A stretch of DNA of 64,000 nt from a virus (IMGVR_UViG_3300027804_000046:64001-128000); one strand, 5' to 3'; counted from the stretch's first letter, positions 45,429 to 56,263 are shown. The notes: generated by a model not told the origin, from the letters alone. A program made the numbers and translations.

Positions 45429-46151
45429 ATGGCTGGAGTTGCGGCAGAGAGACAAGAGACTGGCGTTGTTAATGCAATAAACAAGGCCGTAAAACAAAAT
45501 AAAAACAAGCCAATTGTGGTTCAAGCCGGCGCAGTTAAAATATCAAACGTTTCTGGAGCCAAGAAATATACAGGAAGACAATCTAGTGGTTCTGAACCAT
45601 ATACAGATGTCATAATTTCAACAAAAAATAAGAAAGATGTAAATCTATCTCTGAAAGGTGAAGCGGCACCTTCACTAGCCGGTGGCGGAATGAGGGGTTT
45701 AGAGGCTATTATTCCTGGCATCGCTGGAAAATTCATGAAAGCCGCACACAAAAAGTTGATAGATATGGGTGTACAAGAGGGCGATAAAGTTCCAGATGTT
45801 TATGGTAAGATATCAAGATTAAACAAAGAAAAGATTGTTGTCGGCACAAAAGCTATGGGTGGACCAATCGACTACATGTATATTGGACCAATGGATGTAA
45901 AATCAAATTATGATTCTAAAAAGAATATTCTAACTCTAAATGGTAATTTAACCGAATCTAAAGAGTATGCAAAAACTCATGATTTGTATTTCAGACTTAG
46001 GGCTAGAAGAGAGGATCAGACGTTTGATCCAGATGCAGAACAGGGCGGTATTCCAAAAATATATGGACGCTCTCCGTCTAGAGGCGATAGTGCAGGTAGA
46101 ATAGTCATAACAGACAGTGTTCCCAGAAACGCAGTAATAGTGGAAGTATAA
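45429..46151 (+). CDS. Hypothetical protein, possible PD-(D/E)xK nuclease fold
   Basis: TDVII...LSLK pattern; ATAAATA late promoter upstream. Confidence 0.55.
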   Translation: MAGVAAERQETGVVNAINKAVKQNKNKPIVVQAGAVKISNVSGAKKYTGRQSSGSEPYTDVIISTKNKKDVNLSLKGEAAPSLAGGGMRGLEAIIPGIAGKFMKAAHKKLIDMGVQEGDKVPDVYGKISRLNKEKIVVGTKAMGGPIDYMYIGPMDVKSNYDSKKNILTLNGNLTESKEYAKTHDLYFRLRARREDQTFDPDAEQGGIPKIYGRSPSRGDSAGRIVITDSVPRNAVIVEV

Positions 46152-47386
46152 TGATACTATATCAAGATTATCTATTAGAATCAAAAGAAGGCAAAAACCT
46201 TCACTTAGAACACCTAGAAGACGAGGTACTCAATGGAGGAGTTTCTGGCACAAGAGGTGCTATATCCTTTTTACAGTCTCTTCGTGATATGCTTTCTGGT
46301 CATGCTTCTGGTAAAACTCTAAATCTCACAACTAAGTGGGATGGTGCACCAGCCATATTTGCTGGTATTAATCCAGAGAATGGAAAATTCTTTGTGGGCA
46401 CCAAAGGCGTGTTTGCAAAGAATGCAAAGTTGAACTATACGAACAATGACGTTGACAACAATCATCCTGGCGAAGGTCTAAACAGGAAACTAAAGATTGC
46501 TCTACAATATCTTCCTGAACTTGATATCGATGGCGTATTGCAAGGCGATATGATGTTTACCAAAGAAGATTTGAAGTCTGAAAAGATTGATGGAAAAGAA
46601 TATATTACTTTTCAGCCAAATACAATCGTATATACTGTGCCAGCAGATTCTTCACTTGCAAAACAAATCAAATCTGCTAAAATGGGCATAGTGTGGCATA
46701 CGACTTATTCCGGTAATAGAATGGAAGATATGAAAGCATCGTTTGGTGCTGACGTTGGAAATCTTAGACAGACAAAGAATGTCTGGTTCCGTGACGCTTC
46801 TTTTGTTGATGCATCCGGTACAGCAACGTTTACTGTATCAGAAACGGCTGAACTGAATAGCATTCTATCCCAAGCAGGCACACTGTTCAGAACAATCTCA
46901 GCACGAACACTAAATGAGATTGCAACAAACGACACTTATAAAATCCAAATCAAAGCATGGAATAATTCCAAAGTTCGTGAAGGCCAAGAGATTACTAATA
47001 CTACTGCTCACGTTCAAGGTCTCATTCTAGAAGTCGAGAGAAAGTTGAACAAGAACATTACCGATGCGAAGAAGGCCGACACAAAGGTTAAGAGACAGCA
47101 AGAAAAGAATATCGTGATGCGTTTTTATACCAGCAATAAGAATGAATTGAAGAAGATATTTGATTTACAAAACTTGCTAACAAAAGCAAAGAATATGATT
47201 GTCAAGAAACTCCAGACAGTTAGAGATTCTTTAGGTACTTATCTTCGAATTGATTCAACTGGATTGAAAGTTACAGCGCCAGAAGGTTTTGTTGCTATTG
47301 ACCGTGTGGGCAAAGCAGTCAAATTAGTTGACAGATTGGAATTCTCACAAGCCAACTTTAACGCTACTAAGAACTGGTCATCATGA
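46151..47386 (+). CDS. Conserved T4-like protein (DUF6267-like) with a capsid-targeting-like N-terminus
   Basis: MILYQDYLLE; HLEHLED, KWDGAPA, QGD, FQPNTI and EGFV..KLVDRLEFS. Confidence 0.75.
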   Translation: MILYQDYLLESKEGKNLHLEHLEDEVLNGGVSGTRGAISFLQSLRDMLSGHASGKTLNLTTKWDGAPAIFAGINPENGKFFVGTKGVFAKNAKLNYTNNDVDNNHPGEGLNRKLKIALQYLPELDIDGVLQGDMMFTKEDLKSEKIDGKEYITFQPNTIVYTVPADSSLAKQIKSAKMGIVWHTTYSGNRMEDMKASFGADVGNLRQTKNVWFRDASFVDASGTATFTVSETAELNSILSQAGTLFRTISARTLNEIATNDTYKIQIKAWNNSKVREGQEITNTTAHVQGLILEVERKLNKNITDAKKADTKVKRQQEKNIVMRFYTSNKNELKKIFDLQNLLTKAKNMIVKKLQTVRDSLGTYLRIDSTGLKVTAPEGFVAIDRVGKAVKLVDRLEFSQANFNATKNWSS

Positions 47387-48042
47387 ACAAAGAAATCCGT
47401 ACATTAAATGTGTGGGATATCGATGACACTCTTGGTCGAACATCGGCCAGAGTTGGTGTTGTCAAGGACGGAAAGATAGTAAAGATACTAGAACCTGGCG
47501 AGTTCAATTCTTACAAACTGGCGCCAGACGAAAAGTTTGACTTTGCTCAGTTTAGGTCAGGTAAAATCTTTCGTGATACATTCAAACCTATCCGTTCGGT
47601 TCTGAATAATGCAAAAAACATCGTCGCAAGACAGACAGAAAACTCACATTCGATTATTCTTACTGCCCGAGCAGACTTTGATGACCATAAGGAGTTTCTA
47701 CAGACGTTTCGTGACCATGGATTTCCGATTGATAAAGTCTATGTAGAACGTGCAGGTAATGTCTCAAAGTCTGGACCCGCCCACATCAACAAAGGTGTCA
47801 TTCTCAAGAGATATCTAAAGACTGGTAAGTTTGACCGTGTTCGCATGTGGGATGACCACGAAAAGAACTTAGATATGCTATTCAAAGTTGCATCTCTTTA
47901 TCCGAACGTGGAAGCAGTGGGTTATCTGGTAAAAGATGGTAGAGTGTCCAAATATACTCCAAATGCTAAAGTCAAGACCATCGCTGAAGAAATCACTTCA
48001 GTTGTGCGTGAAACCCTCAAAAGAAAGAAATATGAGATATGA
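47383..48042 (+). CDS. HAD-like hydrolase
   Basis: WDIDDTL, ILTAR and MWDD. Confidence 0.7.
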   Translation: MNKEIRTLNVWDIDDTLGRTSARVGVVKDGKIVKILEPGEFNSYKLAPDEKFDFAQFRSGKIFRDTFKPIRSVLNNAKNIVARQTENSHSIILTARADFDDHKEFLQTFRDHGFPIDKVYVERAGNVSKSGPAHINKGVILKRYLKTGKFDRVRMWDDHEKNLDMLFKVASLYPNVEAVGYLVKDGRVSKYTPNAKVKTIAEEITSVVRETLKRKKYEI

Positions 48043-48220
48043 CATGGGAAAGAGAAATAGCCAATGCTATATGGCTAAAGTTGAAGGGTAAATCTGTTCC
48101 TGAATCATATTCTGAGAAGGAATGTCAGGACATACTGAAAAAGTATTGGCACAAGGCCATGGAGTCAGAACAATAAAACACTAAATACCTCTATAAGTTA
48201 ATGTTCCTATAGAGGGAATA

Positions 48221-51200
48221 ATGAAAGTTTTAGCAGTATATCCAGGGCGTTTTCAGCCCTTTCATAAAGGCCATGCACAGGTCTATAAATGGCTCAAGTC
48301 AAAGTTCGGCGATGCAGTCATTGCCACATCTGATAAAGTAGAATTACCTAAGAGTCCATTCAATTTCAAAGAAAAAGTCAAGATGATGACACTGGCTGGT
48401 GTCCCATCTAACAGTATCAAGCAAGTTACCAATCCCTACATCGCCAGAGAAATACTAAAAGACTACGATCCGAAGACGACGGTTTTAGTCTTTGCTGTGT
48501 CGCAAAAAGACATGGAAGAAGATCCACGTTTTTCATTCAAGCCAACCAAATCTGGTAATCCAAGTTATCTTCAACCATATGCTGGCAATGAAAAGAAGTT
48601 GCAACCTTTCGGCGATACAACTATGCCAAAGGGTTATGTTATCGTCACTCCTACATTTACATTCGATGTTCTAGGCAAGCCAGCCACATCTGCTTCTGAA
48701 CTTCGTAAGCAGTTTGTATCATTAGACAACGCAAAGCAGAAAGAGTTTGTCAAGGATTTGTTTGGCAAATATGATGTATCTGTGCATAAACTGTTGTCCG
48801 CTAAACTTCCAAAACCAAAAACATTAAAGCAATTAAAAGAAGAAATTACACGCAAAGAACTAGCGCCAATGCTGGATTCATTTGTGTCGTTCGCATCTGA
48901 TAAACTTGGTCTAAAGTCTATGCCGACTGTCAGATACAAGACAGATGATGATTCATACAATTCATTCGCAGCATATAATCCAGCATCAAACGAACTATCA
49001 ATTTCTACGTTGAACAGACATCCGATGGATATATTCCGTTCTGTTGCTCATGAACTTGTGCATCACAAGCAGAACGAAGATGGTCGGTTAGGTAAAGATA
49101 TAGAGAAAGAAGGCGCAACTGGTTCTGACATTGAGAATGAAGCCAATTCAGAAGCCGGTAAGATTATGCGTTGGTTTGCTAAAGCCAATCCAGATATGTT
49201 CGGCAAATCTTATGTTGTCGAAACAAACACAGCAGCAATTGGTGGTGGTATTCGCGGTCTAGGTAATGTGACAGGCGAAGTATCACCGACTGGTGTGTCG
49301 CAATACGTTATAACAAATCAGACATCTGGTCTTTGGTATGACGATGGTATTGACAGATATTGGCTTGATAAAAAAGGATCAAGTGAATACCAAAAGAAAG
49401 CAACAAAAAGTTTTAAGTCGCTTAGAGAAAATCTAAACGAAGGCATAAATGATCCAGGCAAACTCAAGGCTATCTTCTTGGCTGGTGGTCCAGGTTCTGG
49501 TAAAGACTATGTAATGAATTCCACTCTTGCGGGCGAGGGATTGAAAGAAATCAACTCTGACGTTGCATTTGAGTATCTGATGCAGAAGAACGGTCTAGAC
49601 CTTGAGATGCCAGATGAAGAAAGAGTTGAGCGCGACATCGTGCGCGGCCGCGCGAAGAACATCACGAAAGAACAAGAGCGTCTAGTCCTTGCAGGTCGTC
49701 TAGGTCTCATCATCAACGGCACAGCAGATGACTTAGAAAAAATCAAGACAATCAAACAAAACTTGGAAGCAGACGGTTACGAAACCATGATGGTATTCGT
49801 AAACACTTCCAATGAAGTATCGCGTGAGCGTAACGTTGAACGCGGTAAGATGGGTAAGCGTAAAGTTCCAGATGGCACAGATAAGCAAGGCGTGCCAGAT
49901 AATTCTCCAAACATTCGTCAGCAGAAATGGGACTTAGCACAGAAGAATATTGGCGAACTACAAAAGATTTTTGGTAACGATAAGTTTGCTGTCATTGATA
50001 ACACAGCAGATGTTCGCAAAGTTGGACCAGAAGAAAAAGAAAAGATTCAGGCCAACTTCAATCGTATTCGTCGTATGGCTCAACAGTTTGTTCGCTCTGA
50101 AAATCAAAATCCAGCAGCAGCAAAATGGATTGAACGCGAAGCAAGAAATCGTGGTATCACAGGATATCAAGAGCCAAAGAGATACAAGACACTTACTCAG
50201 ATTAGACAGAATGTCGAAATGCCAAGTGTCATTCACAAGCCGGATAATGATTTGATGAATCAAGCCAGAAGACTTGGTTTGTCTTATTATGGTTTTGGTA
50301 GATTTGGTCGTAAGATTAATGGTGTAAACAAAGTATTATATCACAGTCAAGGCGGCAAGTTAGTTAAGGTTCAGTTGAGTGAAGATTTAAGAAATTGGTT
50401 TAGTAAAACACATCCAGAGGGTAACTGGAAAAGAGTTGATACAAAAGGTAACATTAAAGGCGATTGTGCTAGAGAGCCGGGCGAAGGCAAACCAAAATGT
50501 ATGCCAGCATCTAGAGCATATTCGATGAGTAAAAAAGAACGCGCTGCATCAGCAAGAAGAAAGAGAAGAGAGGATCCCGTGGCAGATAGATCAGGTAAAG
50601 GCAATAAACCTATTATGGTCAAAACAGAGTCAGTTCAAAAAGCAATTGACAAGATTAATCGTGATAGAATGTCAGAACAAGTTTTAATGGAAAAAAATAA
50701 ACCAACTAATCCACAACTATGGTCAAAAGCTAAGTCTCTGGCAAGACAAAAGTTCGATGTATATCCATCAGCATATGCTAATGGTTGGGCAGCAAAGTGG
50801 TATAAGTCAAAAGGTGGTGGTTGGACATCTGTCAACGAAGAAAAGGGTACATGCTGGGATGGTTATGAGCAAAAGGGCATGAAGAAGAAAGGCAATCGTA
50901 TGGTACCTAACTGTGTACCAACAAACGAAGCATTTGAGCAGTTTGTTGCAGAAGCAAGAAAAATGTCTGCTTGGGAAAAAATTCGCACAGCAATGGAAAA
51001 GCAAGGAATTGATCTTGATGCTAAAGCATTAGAAGCCGAAAAATCTAGAGAAGAATTGAAACGTAGCGCAGACAAGTTGAAGCAAGAGGCTATGGAAGCA
51101 TCTGTACAGGGCGGCTACGCTTTCGGCGCTGACGGCATCGGCCCAACGATTGGTGTTCCTCGTGCTGGCACTCCATACGGATTCGGTTACGGTTCAGCAT

Positions 51201-51742
51201 ATTCAATGGGTCTATCCGAGAGCATTCAGAATTGGATGTCAAAGGAATCAACTCAGCAAAAGTATATGGAAAAATATGGCGAGTTGTGGGAAGAAAAGTT
51301 GGTAGAGACAGCATTAAAACTAGAGAATGCTGGCTGCGGTTGTGAACACAGCGAAGAAAAGAAATCGGTAAAGAAACTTCGTGAAGGAATGGAAGGCGGA
51401 GTCAATAACATGAGTCCTATTCCAACACAACGTAAAGGTAATCAAGAAGTTGATGAAGAAAAGTCTCCTGCATGGACTCGCAAAGAGGGACAAAATCCAA
51501 AAGGCGGACTAAATCGTAGGGGTATTGAATCTTACCGCCGTGCTAATCCAGGATCAAAACTCTCTATGGCCGTGACAACAAAGCCATCTAAGTTAAAGAA
51601 GGGAAGCAAAGCAGCTAACCGCCGTAAGTCATTCTGTGCTCGTATGGGAGGAATGAAGAAGCGTCTAACTTCTGCAAAGACAGCCCGAGACCCAAATTCA
51701 CGTATCAATAAAGCCCTTCGTAAATGGAATTGCGAAGAATAA
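48221..51742 (+). CDS. 1173-aa modular protein: cytidylyltransferase-like, HExxH, P-loop kinase and small basic modules
   Basis: PGRFQPFHKGH, AHELVHHKQ, LAGGPGSGKD, YPSAYAN, CWDGY..VPNCVP and RRKSFCARM..KWNC. Confidence 0.85.
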   Translation: MKVLAVYPGRFQPFHKGHAQVYKWLKSKFGDAVIATSDKVELPKSPFNFKEKVKMMTLAGVPSNSIKQVTNPYIAREILKDYDPKTTVLVFAVSQKDMEEDPRFSFKPTKSGNPSYLQPYAGNEKKLQPFGDTTMPKGYVIVTPTFTFDVLGKPATSASELRKQFVSLDNAKQKEFVKDLFGKYDVSVHKLLSAKLPKPKTLKQLKEEITRKELAPMLDSFVSFASDKLGLKSMPTVRYKTDDDSYNSFAAYNPASNELSISTLNRHPMDIFRSVAHELVHHKQNEDGRLGKDIEKEGATGSDIENEANSEAGKIMRWFAKANPDMFGKSYVVETNTAAIGGGIRGLGNVTGEVSPTGVSQYVITNQTSGLWYDDGIDRYWLDKKGSSEYQKKATKSFKSLRENLNEGINDPGKLKAIFLAGGPGSGKDYVMNSTLAGEGLKEINSDVAFEYLMQKNGLDLEMPDEERVERDIVRGRAKNITKEQERLVLAGRLGLIINGTADDLEKIKTIKQNLEADGYETMMVFVNTSNEVSRERNVERGKMGKRKVPDGTDKQGVPDNSPNIRQQKWDLAQKNIGELQKIFGNDKFAVIDNTADVRKVGPEEKEKIQANFNRIRRMAQQFVRSENQNPAAAKWIEREARNRGITGYQEPKRYKTLTQIRQNVEMPSVIHKPDNDLMNQARRLGLSYYGFGRFGRKINGVNKVLYHSQGGKLVKVQLSEDLRNWFSKTHPEGNWKRVDTKGNIKGDCAREPGEGKPKCMPASRAYSMSKKERAASARRKRREDPVADRSGKGNKPIMVKTESVQKAIDKINRDRMSEQVLMEKNKPTNPQLWSKAKSLARQKFDVYPSAYANGWAAKWYKSKGGGWTSVNEEKGTCWDGYEQKGMKKKGNRMVPNCVPTNEAFEQFVAEARKMSAWEKIRTAMEKQGIDLDAKALEAEKSREELKRSADKLKQEAMEASVQGGYAFGADGIGPTIGVPRAGTPYGFGYGSAYSMGLSESIQNWMSKESTQQKYMEKYGELWEEKLVETALKLENAGCGCEHSEEKKSVKKLREGMEGGVNNMSPIPTQRKGNQEVDEEKSPAWTRKEGQNPKGGLNRRGIESYRRANPGSKLSMAVTTKPSKLKKGSKAANRRKSFCARMGGMKKRLTSAKTARDPNSRINKALRKWNCEE

Positions 51743-51784
51743 GATTTAGATAAATATAGATAAACTCCATAGAGGACAACTAAA

Positions 51785-53491
51785 ATGCTTAACAAAAACG
51801 ATCCATTAATTGGCGCAGTCCAAGAAGTGATGAAAAAGAATCAGGCTGAGCGTGATGCTGTCAGACTGGTAAATGAAAAGTTTGGTGTAACAGACCGTAA
51901 GGCTCTTCCACATGAACGTCAGGGCGAATGGGATGCTGCATATAAGACAGTATTGACAGAAGGTGTAGAAACACTTAATGAATTGTCTCCAGAAACTTTA
52001 GAAAACTATAAAGATAAGCGTAAAACGCAAGTTCACGCAACACTTAGAAATATGAAGGACTGGCAACTAAAAAAAACACCTCAAGGCGCATCAGACTTCA
52101 TTATAAATTCGGCAAAAAAAGCAGCTAAACATGCAAAGATGATAAAGTTGGCAGGCGATAAGATTGACGGTAAGAAAGGTGTTGTTCCTGCTAATAGACC
52201 TAAAAAAAGATTAGAAGAAGAAGAACTTGATGAAAAAAAGATAAAGATGTATGGTATACCAAATAAGGTAAAGCCTAAAAGAGGACCTTTAGGACCTAGA
52301 GATATAAATGCAATACGTGTTACTAATGATCTTTTCAGAAGAATGGAAGCCCTTAAAAAGGGCAACGTTAAAGCTGCTGGAAATGTAACAAAAGCGCAAA
52401 TTAAAAAAATGCAGAGTGAAGAAGCACTTGATGAAAAGCTAGTAGGCAATCAACATAGAATTGATGCCAATAAAAATGGTAGAGTTGACGGTCACGATTT
52501 CAAGCTTCTTAAAAAGGGCGTTCGTCCTGTATCAGAAGGTGAAGCACCTAAAACTGATCCATATGCAGAAGGTCAAGCATCTTCTATTTCCACAGTTTCT
52601 CAGCCAAAGAAAGAAGTAACTCCTGCTGATCAGTCTGCTTTGAAGAAGAAGATTATGAGCATCAAGGAAGCTAAATCTAATGCTTATGCAGTTGGTATGG
52701 CTGCGGTAAAGAAGTCTACTGGTGATGAGCCACCAATGAAAAAGAAAAATATCATGAAGGCACATAAGATTGCAAAAAAGATTATTGCTAAGAAAAAGAT
52801 GGACGAGGGTTTTAATAACCGCCACAATTCGAGCGTAAAAGCTTCTGTTGAAGAACAGGTTGTGGCGGAGATTGCAGCTTATCCAGGAACTCCAGCAGGT
52901 TTTGCGGCATCTTCATCAAGTATGCAGGCAGCCGAAAGACAGAGAAGAATGGGTGAGCGCCGTTCAGAACTTATTGCTCAAAGACAGCAAGGTGGTGATG
53001 TTGCACCAAAACCTCAACCAAATATGACACTACAAAGACAGCAGTCAGGTGATGTTGCACCAAGACCACAATCTAGTGTAGCTCTACAAAGACAACAATC
53101 AGGTGATGTTGCTCCAAGACCACAAGGACAAGCAAGTCCAATGATGGGTCAAGGCACAAGCAAGTCAAGTGTTAAACCAAATGCACCTGGTGTTGATAGA
53201 GGTAGAGCATTACAAGCTCAAAAATCTGCTAGTGCATTAGGTGGATTTGGTGCAGACAAAACACTGAAGGCTGCGCCAACAACATCTACCGCAACTAAAT
53301 CAGCAACATCAAAAAAACCGATCTCAGCAGCACCAACCTTAAAACCAATGAGAACAGCAGGAGCATCGACAAAAGATGCAACTTTGATGGCCAGAGCACA
53401 AGCAGATGGTGGTCAAAAACTATCTCAAACATTTAAAAGTGGTGGAGATAAATTAAATTATTTAAGAGCAAGAGCGCAGGCAAACAAATAA
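51785..53491 (+). CDS. Basic low-complexity probable head/internal protein
   Basis: Late promoter upstream; many LxE sites; EF-hand-like DANKNGRVDGHDF; internal repeats. Confidence 0.7.
   Translation: MLNKNDPLIGAVQEVMKKNQAERDAVRLVNEKFGVTDRKALPHERQGEWDAAYKTVLTEGVETLNELSPETLENYKDKRKTQVHATLRNMKDWQLKKTPQGASDFIINSAKKAAKHAKMIKLAGDKIDGKKGVVPANRPKKRLEEEELDEKKIKMYGIPNKVKPKRGPLGPRDINAIRVTNDLFRRMEALKKGNVKAAGNVTKAQIKKMQSEEALDEKLVGNQHRIDANKNGRVDGHDFKLLKKGVRPVSEGEAPKTDPYAEGQASSISTVSQPKKEVTPADQSALKKKIMSIKEAKSNAYAVGMAAVKKSTGDEPPMKKKNIMKAHKIAKKIIAKKKMDEGFNNRHNSSVKASVEEQVVAEIAAYPGTPAGFAASSSSMQAAERQRRMGERRSELIAQRQQGGDVAPKPQPNMTLQRQQSGDVAPRPQSSVALQRQQSGDVAPRPQGQASPMMGQGTSKSSVKPNAPGVDRGRALQAQKSASALGGFGADKTLKAAPTTSTATKSATSKKPISAAPTLKPMRTAGASTKDATLMARAQADGGQKLSQTFKSGGDKLNYLRARAQANK
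52979..53125 (+). repeat. Three 54-nt tandem coding repeats (QRQQxGDVAPxPQ)
   Basis: caaagacarcar...ggtgatgttgcwccaa at 52979, 53033 and 53087. Confidence 0.9.
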
Positions 53492-53901
53492 TGAACACTA
53501 AACAATTAGCGGAAATGATTAAAAAGTTCCGCAAAATAAAAATGGAACAAAAGTTGATCGGTTCTGGTGGTTCATATATGGGTGCTGGAGCCGACATACA
53601 AGATCCTGCAAGTCCAAACAGACGACCAGGATCAGCAACTAAAGAAATTCATCACGGTGTAGTGAAAGAAGACGAACTGAATGAGTTTCAATCAGGATCA
53701 ATGGTAGGTTCTAATGTTCATAAAGCAACTTTAGGCAAAACAGAAACAAGAGCATCTGCGATGAAGTATCGTAGCAAACCATTAAGCTCTAGACAAAACT
53801 CAAGATACAGACTTGGAGAAGATAAGAAATCTTCCAATACCAAGTCAACAATAATAAATACTACACCAGAACAAGATTCGGCTATGATAGGCACTCAATA
53901 A
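53491..53901 (+). CDS. Hypothetical protein
   Basis: Coupled start; 136 aa. Confidence 0.65.
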   Translation: MNTKQLAEMIKKFRKIKMEQKLIGSGGSYMGAGADIQDPASPNRRPGSATKEIHHGVVKEDELNEFQSGSMVGSNVHKATLGKTETRASAMKYRSKPLSSRQNSRYRLGEDKKSSNTKSTIINTTPEQDSAMIGTQ

Positions 53902-53912
53902 GGAGAAAGTAA

Positions 53913-54503
53913 ATGTCACTTTGGACAAATCTAGACGGCATCACAGGCAACGGTAAGCCTTTATATGCCAACACAACATATAGAGTTTCAAACTCTACAA
54001 TCAACGGCAGTAAGGCCAACACAGCAAAGTATTACGGTGCTGTATACGGTGTGTCTGCAACAGAAGCAGCCAATACACTTGTAGACGGTAAGAAAGTTGC
54101 TCACGCTGGTTGGGTATCACAGAAGATTGGCACAGGTCCAATCAAATCAATCTCAATCACAAGCGGTGGTCAGGGATACAATTCTGCTGGCTTCTTGACA
54201 ATCAGTGGTGGCGGTGATGGAACAGTTAATGTTTCATACACAATTGCCAACTCACTAAACACAATGCAATCATATTCATCTAATGCTCGACAGAACGTAA
54301 TTGCAACAGTAACCATCGTAAGTGGTGGTGCTGGATTCAACGTTGCTCCTACAGTTATTGCTGGCGGTGCTAATATTACACCAGCAACGTTCTCAGTAAC
54401 ACTTGGTGGTCGCGCAGGCCGCGTTCAGTACGAAACCCTAGTTGCTATGGGTTCTATTACTGGTGACGATCCAGGCGACGATAAGTATTTCCCAGGCACC
54501 TAA
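53913..54503 (+). CDS. Probable virion structural protein
   Basis: Gly/Thr-rich ITSGGQGY and IVSGGAGF repeats; AHAGW..GRVQYETLVAM. Confidence 0.7.
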   Translation: MSLWTNLDGITGNGKPLYANTTYRVSNSTINGSKANTAKYYGAVYGVSATEAANTLVDGKKVAHAGWVSQKIGTGPIKSISITSGGQGYNSAGFLTISGGGDGTVNVSYTIANSLNTMQSYSSNARQNVIATVTIVSGGAGFNVAPTVIAGGANITPATFSVTLGGRAGRVQYETLVAMGSITGDDPGDDKYFPGT

Positions 54504-54525
54504 TAGAAAGAAATGGCGGTAACCA

Positions 54526-55320
54526 ATGAAGAGATTTAATGAATATCTAGCAGAAGATTTTGACCCTGCGATATACAATCATGATGGTGGTATTTCCATT
54601 GATGATCCAACAGTAGTTGATGCTATCAATTCAAACTTGGAAGTAACAACTGCTAATGTGTTTCGCACTCCATACAACGCATTGGAGGATGTTAGAAAGG
54701 TTCTTGAATACTACAAAATCTTTCTCCCTAAGGCAATCTTTCTAGATCAAAATCACGGTAATGATGTTTTTGAAATCTCTCAGTTTGGTGAAAAGATGGG
54801 AATAAACGATCAGGGAGAAGTCGTAACCGCCAGCGACTCTCCACTGTTCGTATATTTTGAATGGTCACTAAATGACGAAGGTATGTTTGATGTCTTCGCT
54901 AGTGTAGTAAATGAAGACGAACTGAACGAAATCATGGCCGACTTTGATTCAGAAGTGGAAGATGATGAGACAGACCTTACGGAAGAGCGTTCTATGGGTG
55001 GTGTATCCAAGATGCTTTACAAGTTAGTCAATAAGATGAAGTCTGAAAAGCAATCAAATGATGTTGATGATTATATTGAGCATGAAAAGCAGGGTAAGAC
55101 ATTCACACAGATGAATGAAGAACCTATGCCTAATCTCAAGAAGAAGATGGGTGCAAAGAAGGTAACACTTTCTAATATGATGAAGAAGGAAGAAAATGAA
55201 CCATTTGTTCCTCCTTTTGTTCAGAAAGGAAAAGAAAAAGTTAATCCTGACCGCCGCGCTTCAACAATTTCAGCTAAGGCTAAGAAACAAACTAAGAAAA
55301 TGATTCGTAAAAAGAAATAA
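54526..55320 (+). CDS. Hypothetical protein with a capsid-targeting-like N-terminus
   Basis: MKRFNEYLAE resembles the T4 internal-protein leader. Confidence 0.65.
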   Translation: MKRFNEYLAEDFDPAIYNHDGGISIDDPTVVDAINSNLEVTTANVFRTPYNALEDVRKVLEYYKIFLPKAIFLDQNHGNDVFEISQFGEKMGINDQGEVVTASDSPLFVYFEWSLNDEGMFDVFASVVNEDELNEIMADFDSEVEDDETDLTEERSMGGVSKMLYKLVNKMKSEKQSNDVDDYIEHEKQGKTFTQMNEEPMPNLKKKMGAKKVTLSNMMKKEENEPFVPPFVQKGKEKVNPDRRASTISAKAKKQTKKMIRKKK

Positions 55321-55706
55321 TGATTGATGATTTAAATGATGAGAACTTCATGATATATGCCATGAAGTGCTATGATTCTCCTAACTGTATAATGAGTGAA
55401 TTTGAGGAAGACTTAAAGCGTATTAAGTATATAAAGAGACTTATCAAGAGGTATAAAACAACTGGAGAACTAAAAGAGAGGCTGATACTAAATCACATTA
55501 TCATCCTCTCTAATGTTTTTGGAACTAGAAATGCTGTTAGAATGTTGTTCTTTAAACTAGATGAACAAGACTATCAGATACTAAAAACGTTTCTAATGTT
55601 TCTTGATTATATGCCAGACTATATTACAGGCATCAGAGGTAAAGACATTTGGTCAAGAAACATCTCAGTTGACTTGTTTGTTGGAAAGAGACTAAGAGAT
55701 ATATAG
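55320..55706 (+). CDS. Conserved T4-like hypothetical protein
   Basis: YAMKCYD.P.C..EFEEDLKR..LILNHII..NVFG. Confidence 0.75.
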   Translation: MIDDLNDENFMIYAMKCYDSPNCIMSEFEEDLKRIKYIKRLIKRYKTTGELKERLILNHIIILSNVFGTRNAVRMLFFKLDEQDYQILKTFLMFLDYMPDYITGIRGKDIWSRNISVDLFVGKRLRDI

Positions 55707-55768
55707 GTATTCATATCATAGCGGACATAGCCAATATAATGCTTTGTCAAGAGGTTGTCAAGAGAATA

Positions 55769-56263
55769 ATGAAGTTAGTTAGAAAAAAGATTAAAGAGAA
55801 CTTAGGCGGAGCAGGAACATCTGGTGATGGTGGAATGTCTGCTCCTTTTTCTGCTATGGGTCAAGAGATTGATGCAAAGAGAAACAAGAAACCTATTCCG
55901 CTTGGCAAGACTATGGGTTCTTATGTAGACGAAGATGCTCCTGTGAATGCTGCTGGTGGTGGCAATATTGCTGGAATCGGTGTCGGTCCACAAGGCGAAC
56001 CAGGTCGTCCAGCACAACTCATGCCAATGGCACGCCGCGGCAAGAAGTTCATGGGAATCGAAACTTATATAGTTCCTTCCAGAGTTTTCAATCAAATCAG
56101 AGAAGCAAAGCGTAAGGGAAAACACTGGCGCAAATACTTGGATGAAGATGACACTTATCATCACATCCGTATGGAAGCAAAGAAGAATAAAAAGGGTGCT
56201 ATTATTATAGAAGACGAAAACACAGGCGCACTGTGTTTCGCAAGATATGGGAAAAACGTATGA
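55769..56263 (+). CDS. Hypothetical protein
   Basis: EDAPVNAAGGG.IAG motif. Confidence 0.7.
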   Translation: MKLVRKKIKENLGGAGTSGDGGMSAPFSAMGQEIDAKRNKKPIPLGKTMGSYVDEDAPVNAAGGGNIAGIGVGPQGEPGRPAQLMPMARRGKKFMGIETYIVPSRVFNQIREAKRKGKHWRKYLDEDDTYHHIRMEAKKNKKGAIIIEDENTGALCFARYGKNV

